This document shows, piece after piece, positions 1 to 15,000 of a DNA stretch of 62,428 nucleotides; positions within the stretch are counted from its first letter, which is position 1, and every line of letters starts with the position of its first letter. Made by a program: the position numbers and the translations under genes. The notes beneath the pieces are model-generated. The model did no database searches. It was given only the letters and a program-made list of their open reading frames with translations, and was not told the DNA's origin. Source of the stretch: Catajapyx aquilonaris (Eukaryota); assembly GCA_000934665.2 (NCBI GenBank), contig JYFJ02000197.1, positions 186,001 to 248,428 on the forward strand. The letters are read 5' to 3'.

Positions 1-3000
1 CCAGAATTTGATGTGGAAAGAACGTCTGTGTTTGGGCAAGATGAACCATGCGTGACTCACAGAACTCGTATATATATGAACAACCGGATCGATGTTCAAG
101 AAAGGTTTTTCCTCCAAATACAAAGGTCGGTTCCCTCTGTCTAAACTTGCATCCAGCTACATTATGGTTGCGTATGAGGGTGAGAAACGCTGGCAGCTGC
201 GGTTATAAATTCCAGCAATGAACGAAATGAATGCGTGCTCCGGTTAATACCCTCTCTTCTGATGAGCTGCGAAATTCCCCCAAATTATTCACGCGTATTC
301 CCCAATCTTCCCCCCACACTAATTCTCCCTTTGGCTTTCCTATCTTGTACATATAGGATTGCCGGTAGCCCTCGGGGTTAAAAGGGTGGCAGGCAAAATT
401 AGAGGTGACCCCAAAGGTCGCCCCGGGGGGTGTGAATATTGCCGGAACTAATCCTTCTTAATTCCAGATAGGGGTGACCACACGTCTGATCCTATTCAGG
501 GTGACAACGGGGTGGGGAATAATATTAAGAAAAAAAATCAGATCAACAAATCGGGCTTGATATTGACATTTGCAAATCATTCCTATTCTCCGAAGAATCC
601 ATGCGTTGATGAGATCTTCCACTTCAACATCTCACGCCGCAAACGAAATAAATCTCAATTCTATTTCCCGAGGTAGGAGATAGAAGGGCTAGACTAGAGG
701 GAAAAAAAGCTGCAGTGATCCGAACCAATTCAGCCCAAACCCTGTCAAACTTTCTCTGCTGATCAGGTCGAAAAGCGAAGGCACGTTTCTCTTCTCCAAT
801 AGAGCATCCCTGAACGTTAAAAAAAAGAAAAAGGGTTTTCCGGATTTTCTCGGGCAATCTCGCAGCAGCCGGCCAGCAAGGAGATTGATTGATCTCCAGG
901 GTTCAAAGGCCAAAGCAGACGACTGATCGTCTCCTGTCACGTGCTGATTGGTTGCAACTCGTCCTTTCCTGATTCGTAAAAAAAATCACTTTCCTAGGAT
1001 TGTCCAATACATGTTCACGTTTTTTTTCTCGATTTCACATGAGACATGTTGCGTGTTGGAGTCTCAAAAAATGCGCCAGAATCGATTTTCGTTATCATCT
1101 TTCCCCCATATGGTCTCTTCAGAAAATATCGCAGGGGATGGGGGAGGGATCACGCGCGCTTCATGGGGTGGTAGCAGCATTAGACGTTCATAGTTGCTGA
1201 GTAATTCAGAGGGGTTAAAATCTCCAGAGGAAATAGAGCACACATACTCAATTAACAAAAAGGAAGCAAGTTCATTCGATAGTGTCATAAAATTTTCTGT
1301 GAGAAAAATTACTTCCCATCCGGAATGAACATATTATTTACAATAAATCATCCTTCAGGTACTATTATTCGCAATCATTTCATGATCCTAATTTCAAACA
1401 AATTCATCGGAATGCAACGATATGACCCTATAGTCGACTCCCTTTTAAACACAAACATTTTCCATTCCCGAGTACAAGGCCTAGGAATGGCGTGGTACAG
1501 GACAAAATTAATGATACACCTGAAACCCGCCCCCACAGACCCTGATTGATCCCCATTTTGATGCTAACGAGCCAAATGTCATTGCCGCCAAATGACGAAT
1601 TTGTGGCGTATACCAATGAGCAAGTGGATTAAACCACGGGGGGGCCTTTGAGCTGGTTCTGGGCAGAGACAAAAGGATGTGACTATAGGGTTTAGTTTCC
1701 CCCCCTCCCTCCCCTACCCCTCTCTTTTCTCTTTCTCTCCCATATTCCCCAACCCAACATGACGCCGTCTGCCCGGGCGTGTTTGCGCCACATGCTGCAG
1801 AACCCAACACCCTCTCCATTTATCACCACAGACAGCCCCAGGAATAATAGCCGCACTAACCAAATCCACCCCATAACCCAGCCCACCCAGCACCCACACA
1901 CTCACGCCCACCCACACACCCACTCACCTACCTGATCCCTGTCGACGGTACATATGCAATAATTATGCATCGATTCTGAAATGCACGTATGAAAAAATGG
2001 GTAAGCAAACTATCACCTGTTGTGGAATTCATGGAATTATGGTACTTTTTATCAGCGTCATAACAGGATGTAGAAGTAATGTCAGAGAATTAATTTACTT
2101 TTTATATGGAGATATATGCCGTATGTGCATGACTAGGTGATAATACCTGTATGTTCACTCAAACTAATTACTCTCGGTTGGTTCCGAGTGGGCGATGAAA
2201 ACTGTCAGAGAGTCAGTTGAAAATATAATATTTCGGTGCTTGTTTTTTTTGCGCTTATATGGGCATGGAGCACAACATACTGTCTGGTGAATGCGGATTT
2301 TCGGAATCAATAATGAATTCAATTTAGGATCTTGAAACAATAGGGCTATAGTTGCAGCACTCTCTCATCACAAACACTGCATAGAAAAGCAGATTTTCAT
2401 AAAGATAATGAGTAAAAACCATACATTTGAAACCATGGAATATACCAAATTGGATAGTTGGTGCTGTCCACTTTTTTATTTGAAAAGGGAAAAAGAAAAA
2501 GTCAAAAAAATTGCGTCGATATGCCCAATTAAAAATTTTAAAAGCAAAACAATCAGAATCGCATATATGACATAATTATGAGGGTTTAAATATTGAAACA
2601 TCCTAAGATAATCAGCTTTTCCAGAATTTATTTGCGGGACTGTATAACTGATTTGAAGTAGAAAATTGACTTGACCCCCAGAAAAGAGTCCCGGACTGTC
2701 CAAAAAAGTTTTTGTTACTTAATTTTGACAAATATTTGACTCCGGACGTTCGTATTTCTGGTATTCGTGTTATTTACCATGAAAACTACTCTTGGAGCAG
2801 TGATATTATGATATAAGTAGACCCGAGTAGACAATTAAATTAAATGACATTTCATTACGTCCGAAGAAATAACGTTCAGTTTGATAAAATGTGTCAGTAA
2901 AAATATTGTTACCAACAAACTTTCCTGACAAGCCATAACAGAGGCCCCCCGCACCGATACATTAAGGTGGCAACAAATGTTCATCTTACTTATATTGATT

Positions 3001-6000
3001 ACTTGGTAGCTTCTAATGCACCCACCATTCTTGTGAAATGTCAATATTAATGTCAGCATATCAAAAAAATCTATACAGGAGCGAAACCTTTCAATACACT
3101 GCAAAACGGCATGTCACCCATACGATCATGTGGTAAAAATCATATGAAAACGGGTTTATTTATAGCCTCATTGTGCCTGAAACTATGTGATACAAGTATT
3201 ACCATATTATTCAATTCCCAAACTGTGCAAGTTCCGAATTCCGCTTAGTTAGCCAGATAAGGTTGACATATCATGCTGTCTGCGTGTCAACATTTCTGAC
3301 TGTGTCACTGTTGACTCTCAATTTCAGCCAACAACCTCCTCCTCCTCTCTCGTTTATTTTTTTATACCTCCTCAATTACAATGACTCCTATGTTGGAGAG
3401 CACTGAACGCACTCCGAGACGGGTCATCCATCTCCCCGTTTTAATTTTTGATTAGATCAGTAAATAGCGCCACGTGGCAGAGCAACGCAAACACTCAGCC
3501 GCATTTAAATTCATTCCTCCCAAACTCACTCTCTCAGACCCAAGGCACAGCAGCATTCAGACTGGTCTCTCTCGAATCCCTTTATCGGATTGCAAGCACG
3601 TATATGTGCGTGAGGCCACGCATCCAGCCCCGACGAGTGCGTGCCAGTTCAGTAAAGGCTTCCAGACGTAAGCAGCGATACGACGCTTCAACTCACTTGA
3701 AGGACGTCTCCAACCTGGGGAGTGCCATAGGAGGGGGACTAACACTCACAGGGGTGAAACTATGTAAGGGATGAATTACAGGCTTACACGCTTGTACAAT
3801 TCCCACGTGCTGGTTGGACGCTTGCCTTGATCACTATCTTGGGTTCACGCACTTTGCGTAGTAGTTTGCCCCTGCCTGTTATGTGGCCGGTTGGGAAAAG
3901 GAGGCACATGGGTTATCTAACAGCCAGGATGAAAGCTAAAGCAACATGGAAATTAACAGCATTGCTAATGAACATCAGTACATTAACGAACACAAGTGAA
4001 TACCTACAGGCAATCGCAGCGATTGTTGTGTTCATATAATCTGGCCTATAGTAATATGTGGTATGTTCAGTGGGTGGGGTGGTATCAAGCTGGGGGTATT
4101 GTTGTGAATTTTAATAGTGTTATTAATGATGAGTCGGCTTATGCTTCATTAAATTTTGAGCGCACTTCATGGCTCATTTGAGTTCGATTTGTTGGTGGAA
4201 ATGGGGCGTGAAATATCTAACAATACACAAGTTTGACAGTAATCAATATGTGAGGGGCATGTAGGGCAAAAGACGATAATTTTCAGGGAATACGGTTAAT
4301 TAATTTGGATTAGATGTTGACTTGCTCTATAGTGTAAGCCTGTGACAAAGTATATTTTTAACCACAGCAAGAGACTCGAGTGTTATTAGTGAAAAATTAG
4401 CAAAGTGTGCGAGCATAATAATTATGCTAACAAGTATCTCGTCATGACCGCGATGGATGGAGAGGATGTGATTGGCTTTAGACACTAAACAACAACCTGG
4501 GTTTAATATTCGTTTAGCCGTAAACATTCCGCCATGTTCATGCTAATAGAGTAATATTGGGTTGAATTAAAAGCCAGAGGACAAACGCCGAGAAACACTG
4601 TTGGCCATTCGTTGATTTGTGTCAGTGTTTTTGATTACCAGCTTGTTCGACATGTCAACATTTTATATACCCCCATTTCTAATGTGCAAATGTCGGCAAA
4701 TATTTTCGTACTTTCCCCATGGTCAGAGTGCAAATGTTTTTACCCCCCACCATTAATGCATGGTTGATGAGTCAGCTTGATGGCATTTTAGTGTCGAATG
4801 TTTTCCCGGACTCCACCATCAGAATTATGATCTGTAGCATCAACCTATCATCGCCTCTACTGCAATAAACACTAACACATTCTGTCACGAGTCCGAAAAA
4901 TCGCATTTTCCTGGCTGATGGAAGACTGCCAAAAAGTGCTCCAACTACCCCCCATTTCTCCTCTTATTATGACATAAAAAATGCGGTTCCACCTCACCCA
5001 CCCCCTTCCCCTCCCGAAAAAACGTTGGACGTGAAACTTCACTTTGTCGCTATTAGGCTTTCCCCAAGGCTTCTTGTGTCGCTGCATCCGAGATTGGGTG
5101 GATGGTGTCGGTTGGAAAAACCTGGCCTGAAATGTACTCTCCGGATGAGAGGCGACAGGTACAGAAGACTGCATTAAGAGGGGAAGAACGCCCCGGATCT
5201 AAATCGAATATGTCCATCACGAAAAGGAAACGGAGGGGGGTGGAGGGGATGGAAGGAGAAGACGTATTTGATCGATACAGCCATCGATGCAGGCTTTGGA
5301 GCGAGGAAAGTATATAGGGATGGAAAAAAAAGTCTCAACTTTCACTTCCGTGAGACGCCATCGGAGGAAGTATCCGGATGTAAATGTGCCAGACCGCAGT
5401 CGAGCCTCAGGATGAATTGTCGTGCATTCGGGACTCTCTGCACTGTCCAATTTCGGCGACCTTCATCATTCGTAATCAATAGGTATTGATCTTCATTCTA
5501 CCAGCATCCCTCCGACGTCTTAGCTTCTCCCCTACTTCCTCCTGCAGTGAAAGTTTTCCAAAAGAAATCCTAATGCAAACATTCAACGGTACGCACTGTA
5601 CCATGGTGAAGATCTGGTATCAGTTACGTGGGTTAGGTTTTATTGGGTATTTTTGTTGATCAAGACTGTTTTCTGACAGCGCAATTACAGTGTTATCATG
5701 ATTCTTGAATAATAACTTGCTGTGAATATGACGGAGAATAAATTTCAAGAGTGGTGGTGCCAGGACATCCACGCACTTTAGGTGAGCAAACGCCCTTCCC
5801 TGCATATAACTATAGCAAATCTCCTCCAATGCGAATATGACGGCAATAATCCCGCCAAATCCTGGGCAAGGGAAATTCCCCGCTCGCATGAAAATCCCAA
5901 GATCACCGCTCCCGCGAGTGGAGAAATCCACTGGCATAATATTTGCGTGTGCATAGCGATCTGGAATTAACCCTGCTCTGTTAGAAATGTATACATACGG

Positions 6001-9000
6001 CAGGGGAATTATACATGAAGCACTCCCACAGGCTATTCTTGCATGACGAGTGTATATAGGACAAAAAAAAATGCGATTGGTTTTCTGGCAGATCAGTGTT
6101 GCAGAAAATCATAGTGCAACTAGAATATACCGTAATAACTTTCTGATTTAAAATTGCATGAAATTAATCTGCTATATATGAACAAGTGTGGGGTTATGCC
6201 GAGAATTAAATAATTTTTGTGTACATTTCATATCGTTGTGAACTTGCAGTATGTGCAATAATAAACTGTATTAAAACTTCTGAAAGTGACAAAATAATTT
6301 ACGAGTCGAAAAACCACCACTTCATAAAAAGAAGTCTTACGTGCATAATATGTCAAAGCTGTGACATGGACGCCACTATAACCTAAACTGAATAGCTGCA
6401 GGCTTGAAGAAAGGAACCAGCCAAGTGCACAAAATTTGATTCATGAGTCATCCGCCAACATAATACGAAAGTAGCCTATCTCCCCCTCCCTGCTTTTCTT
6501 TTGGAGGGTCTATAGACCCCGAAGTGATCTAGATGCGGGTGTGACACTCCTTGTGTTTGCTCCCAAGCCGTTATTGAGTGTCGAGCGGGCCTTGATGAGC
6601 AAACAAGGACCCGGGTCCGAGATCACCCCAAGATCACCATGAATGGGGAAACCATGCAGAAGGACATCCAGGCATCGGGAAAGGACATCATATTGGATGC
6701 TAAGGAAATCTGCAATAAGGTGCTGGAATTGGCAATAAAGCAAACATAGCATGACAAAATGAACTATAGTGATTGGGAGACATTTCATGTATGTGTAATG
6801 AACGTACTGGATCTTAGTGAATAGAATCCCATTTGCATTATTGTTGCCTTGCAGAAGCCCATGTGTCGCATCTCTTGACTCCTTTTGTGGTCTGAATTTT
6901 ATAAGAAAACTTGGCAGAGGAGCAAAGAACCACTTATCTGGAGAGCCATCCAGACTGACATTTTCTACGTTTGAATGCTTTCTATTCAACTGCTAAAATG
7001 GACGCAGGAGTAGATTTGGACCATGCTTCAACTTTTTCCTCCACCACCACCACCCTTCTTCCTCAGCATCACCAAGCCGAGCCGCCACAACCCTTCGTCT
7101 CTTTTAAAAAAATCTAGACGCACTTTTATTCCGTCCTTTTTCCAAAGGTTGGCAATCTTTCAGTAGATGCTCACCATTACTCTAAAGCTCTCAAAGCGAC
7201 GAGGAATATCGGGCCAAGAAATGATCTCGGAGAAAGCCTGGCAAAAGCGTGGCATATGCTGGGAAACATTTTGAAATATGTGAGAATCGCGAATTCCGCT
7301 AAGTGTGCAGTATAAATTTTGGAAAAAGGGCAAGCACGACATGCACATGCATGAATAAAAGATGCGACTAGAAAAAACTAGGTTTTGTTGACACAACTTT
7401 TTGGATCATGCTAGATTCCAGGAAGCAGCAAAACCGCTGTGTTAGCAATCCTTGGAATCTAGCTGACTGTGAATGGAATGAAAGGCCATCTACCCAGTAC
7501 ACAGAGTTTGAACAAACTTTGCGTAAGAAACTTTGGCAGGATCTCAACCCCTGTAGGTATGCAACCTACTGCTCGCCATTTGTGAAGAGTCCCACCAAAA
7601 ATAACGGTCTTCTCACCCCCACCACTTGAAACACGGACTGAAAACTAATATTGGAGGAACCTTCCCTAATGTCCCTGGGAGGCTGATAGAATCCGTGTTT
7701 TCGACTCTCACGCAAGGTGATGCCTCCTGAGACATTTTGAGAAGGGAGGTAAAGAAAAGGGGTCCCCTTTTTTCAGCAGAGGTGGAAAACCGTCGAGAGG
7801 CTTTTAAGGGAAGTGTTGAGAGGGTCAGAAAACGGGACAAGCAACCTCCCCAAAGGAGACTTCTAAGAGCTCCTCCGGAACAAAGCGAAAGGAAGGGCTT
7901 TATCCGGTGCCTTCTCCGGATCAACTGGCGCCACTCTCCAGACGACGAGGTCATACTGACCGTAAAGAGCCCAGGAAGTAAAAGACCACCAGCCAGGATG
8001 GAATGGCCGCAATTGGCTTAGGAGAAGAGACTAGAGTAGTAAAAAAGAAGAGTATAGAAAGAGGCAGAGAAGAAATCCGGATCTACAGAAGTTGCCAATC
8101 CTAAACTAGCACCACGGGAGCTGGAAATGTCCAATCTTGTTGATTGCCCAAGATGACGACCGCAATACGTCACCGCAATCCAGCAGTAAACGACGATCAC
8201 GTAATTACAAGGCGTGACAATGCATTCCGGTTGAAAATTTTTGCAATTAGAGAGCAGTTAGTAAATGGCGAGCGGTTAGGAGAGAAAAAATCGACTCGTT
8301 CTTCCTAAAAAGCACCCGTGACACCTAAAAGTGCAAATCCGGAGTGGAAGTCTCCGGAGCGAGTAAAATTACCCAAACTTTTCTCCCCACCTCTCCACCC
8401 CCCTGCCTTCCCTCCCTGGGTTTTCAGCTTCCCTTCCCTTTTCCGGTAACCAAGGCAACAAAACAGCCGTTTCGGTGAGAATTTTTTTCCCCCACCCCTC
8501 CTAGTTCGAGGGAAGCGTTGTCATGGCCACCCGAAATTTTGTTAGCAGCTGGGGGTACTGAGGGTACGTGGGTTTGAGGGGAGGGAAGGAGAGGAGGGGG
8601 GGGGGGGGATTCTGACGGAGGGGATTACAGAGAACAGCGGTGGATGCAAATCGAGGCTGAAAGATGGCGAATGTACCAGAGTGGTTGGGTAAAGGGATGG
8701 AACTGGGGAAAGAGAAAGGAGGTGGGTGGAGTGGGTGGGAGGGAAGTGGGTGAGATATTGCTGAGTTAGAATATGTTCGTATTGAGATCATGTTGGGTTG
8801 AGTTCAAGCACGAACGAGGAGAGATTAATATGGGTGCGCAGCTTCACAGCCAGAATTCTAATTTACGTATTACAGATTTTAAATTATATTAGGCTACTAA
8901 AGAAGAACTCTTCACTGTAAAATATGATTTCTAAATTTTTGTCTGGAAATATTCCCATATTATGTATTTTGTTTATTCTATACTTTGCCCATGTGGAAAC

Positions 9001-12000
9001 AATAAGGCATAGACAACCCTCTATTCCTAGAAGGCACCCCATTCTGGTTGGTAATAAATATGCAGAGGCCATCATATTTTATCCTGATAGGACGTTTATA
9101 TCACTATCTGATGCTATTCATACAAACACAAGCGTTCTAAATATAATAGCGTACCACGTTTTGATTGCATGCTGGAGGGTTGGTCTGAAGCGATATGGCT
9201 TCTGGAACAAGCTTGTATTTTGAAGCCCCTTGCTTGCTCTTGCTCTCCCCCGTAAAGTTTCCACTGTACATAAGAGAGGGGGAGATGCGGGAGGTTACTG
9301 GACCTTCTTTGAAAACCATCGGTGATTTATTATTAAACTTTGGAGAAATGGAAATTTGGCATTTTTTACATTCACATAAGAAAAATATCGCAAAATATGA
9401 CGCATGCTAAGATATCAGAAAATAATACTTGTTTTCTTCAAATGCAAGAATTCTGTGTGAAAAGGGGACGAACAGTGTTGCACTTTACGAACCTTTTGCT
9501 AATTTTAGAGACCATTAGGCGTCCTCATTAGAGTACGCCATAGAGGCGGTTTCCCAGGCTTGTTTCCACACTTCTACCAAGTACACTTAACTTGCAATCC
9601 ACTCCCATTATGGAGTAATATGCTTAGCCCTTTCATTTGATCCTATCCCAAGACACCTTTCGCGACAAGGTCGTCACGAATCGATGACCTTTTTCCCCAA
9701 CCAAGAGAGCAATTAGAGTCAGCGTGAAATTATTCCCAATCAAGCAGCCCTACATCCTTCACCCACAACCCTTGCATTCATAGTAAGTCTAATCACAGGG
9801 TTATTGGAATTCCTGACACGCTAATTTCCTCCTCCCTGGATCTCTTCCACAGCCTGCAGAACCCATATAGCCAGGTGACCAAGTGAAGGGGGGCGCTAGT
9901 TTGCAATAACAATTAGGAGCAGCGGAGTCAGCTCTTCTCGAAAAAAAAACTAATATTGTACCGGTACACGTTTCAGGTACGGGAACTTTCATGCAAACTG
10001 TGCTCCACAAAAGCCCAAACTTAATTTGAGAGACGAAGAGGTCACGCTCCAGCACCCGTGGCCCCCGCAAAAGTACAAAATTCTGCACTCCGGGCTCCGG
10101 AAATGAGCCCGGAGTCAGCTTGTTAGTCGGCACGAATATTACTCCCAGATTGCTTAAGTGCTAATCCTGGCCTGTGCCTGGCAGATTTATCGTGTGGGCA
10201 GAAACACCGACTGCAAACTTCAAATTAACACCCGACCCTGCCCGGATTCATGATTGGCGCTGGGTATGCAGGGGGGCCGCAAAAAAAATGGATTTTCTTG
10301 ATGTGTGTCGAGGACAGTTTCAGCGTGTGATTAAAAATTCCGATTCAAATTTTCCATGCAGTTTTTTTGATGACAAATTCACTGTGGAGTCCTGAGCGTA
10401 ACGTCACATGTGCAGGTATGCGTTGCATATATTCAAGGCGGATGATATGCAAATGTCAGCATGCTAATTGGTGGGAAATGTGCCAGAAATTTAATATATC
10501 TGCTCAAATTCACAACGGCAGAAAATGTAGTTATAGCCAATCTTGTTAATATTGACTTTGTGAATATAGACCTGCTGCTAAAATAAACCAGGTGCACCAG
10601 GTGCTCCTAATATAATCACCATGACAAGTTTCATGCTCGGCTAAAAGCTGTCGCTTAATCTCCATAACTAGAGACGCTAATATGATTTCTGATTAATTCT
10701 TGTTTCTGTTGTTTCCAAACTTCCCAACCTGTAGTACTGTAATGCCCCATAAGGAGCACTAGACCAATTATACAGCCCCCTCAGTGAACATCATGCGCAC
10801 CTAAGCACCTTCTATACTCTATGCAAACCATAATCCCGTTCATGTCAAAGTCACTAATGAACTGCATTGGCCTACAGCCAATAGACAATGAGGAAAGTCC
10901 TCTAATGCTACAAATGCCTAAAGACAAGACGCCAACTCGTATTTAGAGCCGGTATAATGCGGCAACCGCAGCCAATGACTTTCCTCTTAACTACCATTAA
11001 GCAAAAACACAAGACGTCGGAAAAGCTCCCCCCGCTTAGCAAACACTATTAGGCCAAAAATTGGGTAATGGGGAAAGACTATTAGGTTAAACAAGCGCGT
11101 TTGCTGGCCGCCTTTTATCCTAGAGAGAACAATAGCGGAGCCCAGATTTTCTGCTCTGGAGTAATCGGATGCAGGAGATGCAATTGAGCGGCTAACCTGT
11201 TTGCGATTCATAGCTCAAGTGCAGCTACGAATTAAAATTCTCTGCATTTGATGGTTACTGGCCTGTTACTCGTTACGTACAGTGTATTGGAAACCTTACA
11301 GCGCCGCAAATATGCCCTGCATAATAGGACCGCCAAATTATTTCAATTGCAAAAACTAGCCTGGTTAAGCCTCTCAATTTTTAAAAAAACTGGTTGCATG
11401 TGTTTAACCCCCGCTTTTCGGGTGTTTTCACGGCATGCGTTTTTGAATTACATGCGCATGCTAATATTGACGCGCCCATTGTAATTCGAAAATCCTTCCT
11501 GAATATTAAAACCCATGCGCACTGTCCATAACAAAACGGGGGACTCCCTAGAGACCCTAGTTTTGTTTTTACCGATATTTGCGGTAACCCCCAAGCACTT
11601 CAATATTTTAAACCCCTCCAGGACCGTGCATGACAGCTGTATTTATGCTCCTAATCCTACAGTGCATTACTTTAAAAATACTAATAACACGGTCGCACTT
11701 CATTTTCAGTCCATAATCAGCTCAACTATTTATACCACCCCATAAATCCGGTCCAATGTCACCAGTTTTGACACCCGGTAACCGTGAATGACGGCCTTCC
11801 GATCCATCCTGGCACATATGCAATCCTCCACGCATTTCGCACCACAAGAGGGTGGAAATTCCACTGTTTCCATCCGAATGAGCACACGCCCACAGGAAAA
11901 CTGGCCAGATTCCCCTTTGGTTTCACTGCGTTTATGGGCTAATAATCGTCAACCTCTGCACCCCCCAGCGCCTTCCCCCACTCCCATCAGCCCCTTTTCC

Positions 12001-15000
12001 AAAATGCCATCAACTCGCACTTTGGTGCTCGGGGCCAGCCCCTGGGCTGTTGGCCCCAAGCTGAACTGCATCTATAGGGGGAAAATTGGACATTCTTATA
12101 CAAAATAGATCACCTTATCAATTGTGCTAATAATTTTTTGCGGTAGTATTACTATTTGAAAGTAATGTTGACGTTGTGGAGTTTTAGTGCTTGTGCAAAG
12201 TCGGTTGCGAGTGAGTAATTGCCGCATTAATTAGGACAGGTAATAAACTTGGCTGGATGGTACTCGTATTTCAAAGCAGGCGTTTAAATCCACCCCCTTT
12301 CCAACCCTCGTCCCCACACCCTCTAACCCAAACATGGTCAGGGTTTTGTTCCTGAATACCAGAGCACCAGGGGTACACATGAATTTCTGTACCGTGTCCA
12401 TTACAAAATTCCTGTTGTCCATTACCACTGGTACAGACTCGTCAGATGGGAATGCCCACCTTGTAAAATATGCCAGCCTGAAGCGCATTTTTAAAAACTA
12501 CAAGCACGTTAGAAACGTCGCTAGCAAACGGTACAACATTCATATCATATTTGAGGATTCCGTTGCACGGAGGGATCTGAATAAAATTCTACGGATACTA
12601 CCAAAAATATTTTCAAAATTAGTCTGTCCTGATTTTATATCGTTGTAAAACTTGCCAGCACGTTACTTTCTCATACCACAAAAATGTGGCCTAGCAAATT
12701 GCGATCTTGCAAAATCAGTTCGCAGTTCGACACCTCAGGCCTAATAATTTGAAAGCGCAAGGTTTTGCAGAAAAGTCCTCACCATATTTCCCTTCCAGGC
12801 ATTCTCTTCAGATTCGATAACAGTTCTGGATGAGGATTTTGTTTGTGCTGCTGCAGAGAAGTTAGTAGTAGGCCTTTCATTTTCGCCTTTGATAGCACAG
12901 CTCCATGATTGTCGCCCGTACTCTGTGCAGTTTTTTTTCTCCTATTTTTATTGCCAAAATGAGAAAAGTAATGTAATTTCCCAGTTGGCATGTCAAAGTT
13001 CGAAACAATAATAACTTTCCTTTAGAAATTGTCTTGAAAAAACTTTCAGTAGTTTCAGCTGTCGCACAGCAATAAAGAGAGACGGGATGGCATACACTTT
13101 GTGACCCGAGTATGGACAGGTCAGAGGTCAGATATTAGGAAATTTATTCGGTTTGCGCATCATTAATTTTGACTGTGTAAGTGTAGAATCTTTGTAGGAA
13201 TAACTCACAGGGCCGGCCATTCCCCAAATTATGTTTGTCATACCAAGGAGAAAACACGGCACTTTCGGAAGATGATTTGTCCCGGAATGTCCGTGGCGCA
13301 TCCCCAAGGGCCATTGATCACATTGCCTGGGGACAACTCCCCCACCCCTTTCCTCTCCATCCCCCTCTCCATCCCTCCCTCGACACCCACATACCCACTC
13401 GACCCGTTTCCCCCCACCCAGTGCAGTGATGGGAAACAGACGAGTGGTCGCCGGATTGGCAATTAGCGCCACCGATACAAAGTGGAATTGCTCCGGTGAG
13501 GGCGCCGCCATCCGGTAGACTCAAGTGACCATTGTTGCGAATACATACCTCATGTGAAAATATGTACTCTCTCCCTCAAAAGAACCGGGTTTCGCTATAC
13601 GTTTCATGTCAGGCTCAGAGGTGCACTTTGCATGCAGCAGTATTTTCACGCTCTAAGCATCAAGCAGCATAAGTTCTCATAATTACTGCCCATTTGAACA
13701 ATGTACTTGCAACAGAATTACATACCTCCGACTGCTTCGGATTGCCCTTAATTACCTCCTAATTGGCAGATCTACGTAGGGTCCGCACTACTCTTTGAGC
13801 CCCTTCAACACTAAAAAGCTTCACTCCCTAGGAAATTACAGGCAGATGGAAACTGGCGCCTGGCCCTACTAATTCGAGACCCGCCCACTGCAGCCAAAAC
13901 GCGGTTCTAAATTACGACTTACCCAACTGTTATACACTAATCAAGGTGAGGGCGAGGAAGAAAACAGTGGAAGTAACCCAACCATTTACACATCCCAAAA
14001 AAAAAAAAAATCCTCCGGGCCTCGAGCTTTTCAAAGGAAGTGGTGGCGGCCATCTTGGAGCGGAAACTGCGGTACAAATGCGCACGTGTTAAACGGTTAT
14101 TTATTGCGTCTAGTAACGTGCGCCTGCAAGAAAGATAACCGCAAGCTTGCAAATGTCTGCAAAGTGCAGGCTGCTAGGGAAAGTGCAAAATTATGCAGAG
14201 CTACAATAAAACGTGGGGAAGTTGCGTCGTTTCGCAGAGAAATGTGTCAGGGTTGAAATAATTCTAGATATCGTGTTGAAATTGTGGAACATGGTGTCGT
14301 GTAAAACTAGGGACCTTTTTTAGATCATGGCTGACATGTAAGCATTATTTCTGGTATGGATTAAGCATCACATTGCTAGTAATTTAAAATCATGAGTTCC
14401 AAATCTGGTCTGCTGAACGAAAAAGCCATTCGGAAAAGTTCATGGCGAACCGCCGAAATCATATATCTTGCAGCAGTACTAGCTAAAATAATCAATTCAG
14501 AGTCATATTAGTGTCACCTGCAGTCTGCCAAACCTCGGGAGATTCAAAACTTGTGTAAGAAAAATGGGCTCCATCCGTGTAGAAGGTGCTCTTTCCAAAG
14601 CCACTATCCCTCTTTTCTAATGGCCAACTTCCTTCACTTTCCAGCCTCGTCTGCTCTTTATACAGCACATCCTGGGCTTAAAAAGAGTATCCAACATTTC
14701 TTCCCCTTGGTCCATCCTTCCCTTTTTTTCATCTTAGATTCCCCCACTTTTCTGCAAGCTCCATCTCCTGTGGAGGCACCTTAATGGTCAAAATCTTGGA
14801 GTCCACTTCACTCTTGACCCTCCTTCATTAGTCCACAAGAAGCGAGCACCAGGCGATAATGGCTCTTGCCGCCATCATCAATCTCTAATAAGATGATGGC
14901 TCCCACGAGAGAGCCTGGTCCAAAGTGCTGGAGGAAGCTTTCCTTTATTAGCCAGAGAAAGGTTTTAGTGATATCTAAAATTCAGTAGGTCCGACAGTTG

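Noticed and set aside
259..290. CTGATGA-gctgc-GAAA hammerhead-ribozyme-like core
   Set aside because: Stem II is too short and I could not build stems I and III or a cleavage triplet. Similar partial cores near 21008 (+) and 58915-58932 (-) also fail.
469..490. TAGGGGTGACCACACGTC, similar to a hAT-Blackjack terminal repeat
   Set aside because: No partner inverted terminus was found.
7613..8200. Purine-rich stretch with overlapping 94-113 aa ORFs
   Set aside because: No recognisable domain. It may be a decayed retroelement, but this cannot be supported from the sequence.
8570..8760. G-tract-rich segment with G-quadruplex potential
   Set aside because: G/C homopolymer tracts are scattered throughout the window, so this looks like a genome-wide compositional trait rather than a local element.
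12783..12850. Minus-strand exon-like segment with branch point, acceptor and donor
   Set aside because: Splicing it to the BTB exon gives a stop and no BTB similarity, and there is no other support.
14045..14058. YY1/Pho-like motif GGCGGCCATCTTGG
   Set aside because: An isolated short motif with no linked exon. The same motif also occurs inside the LTR-like element near 60775.
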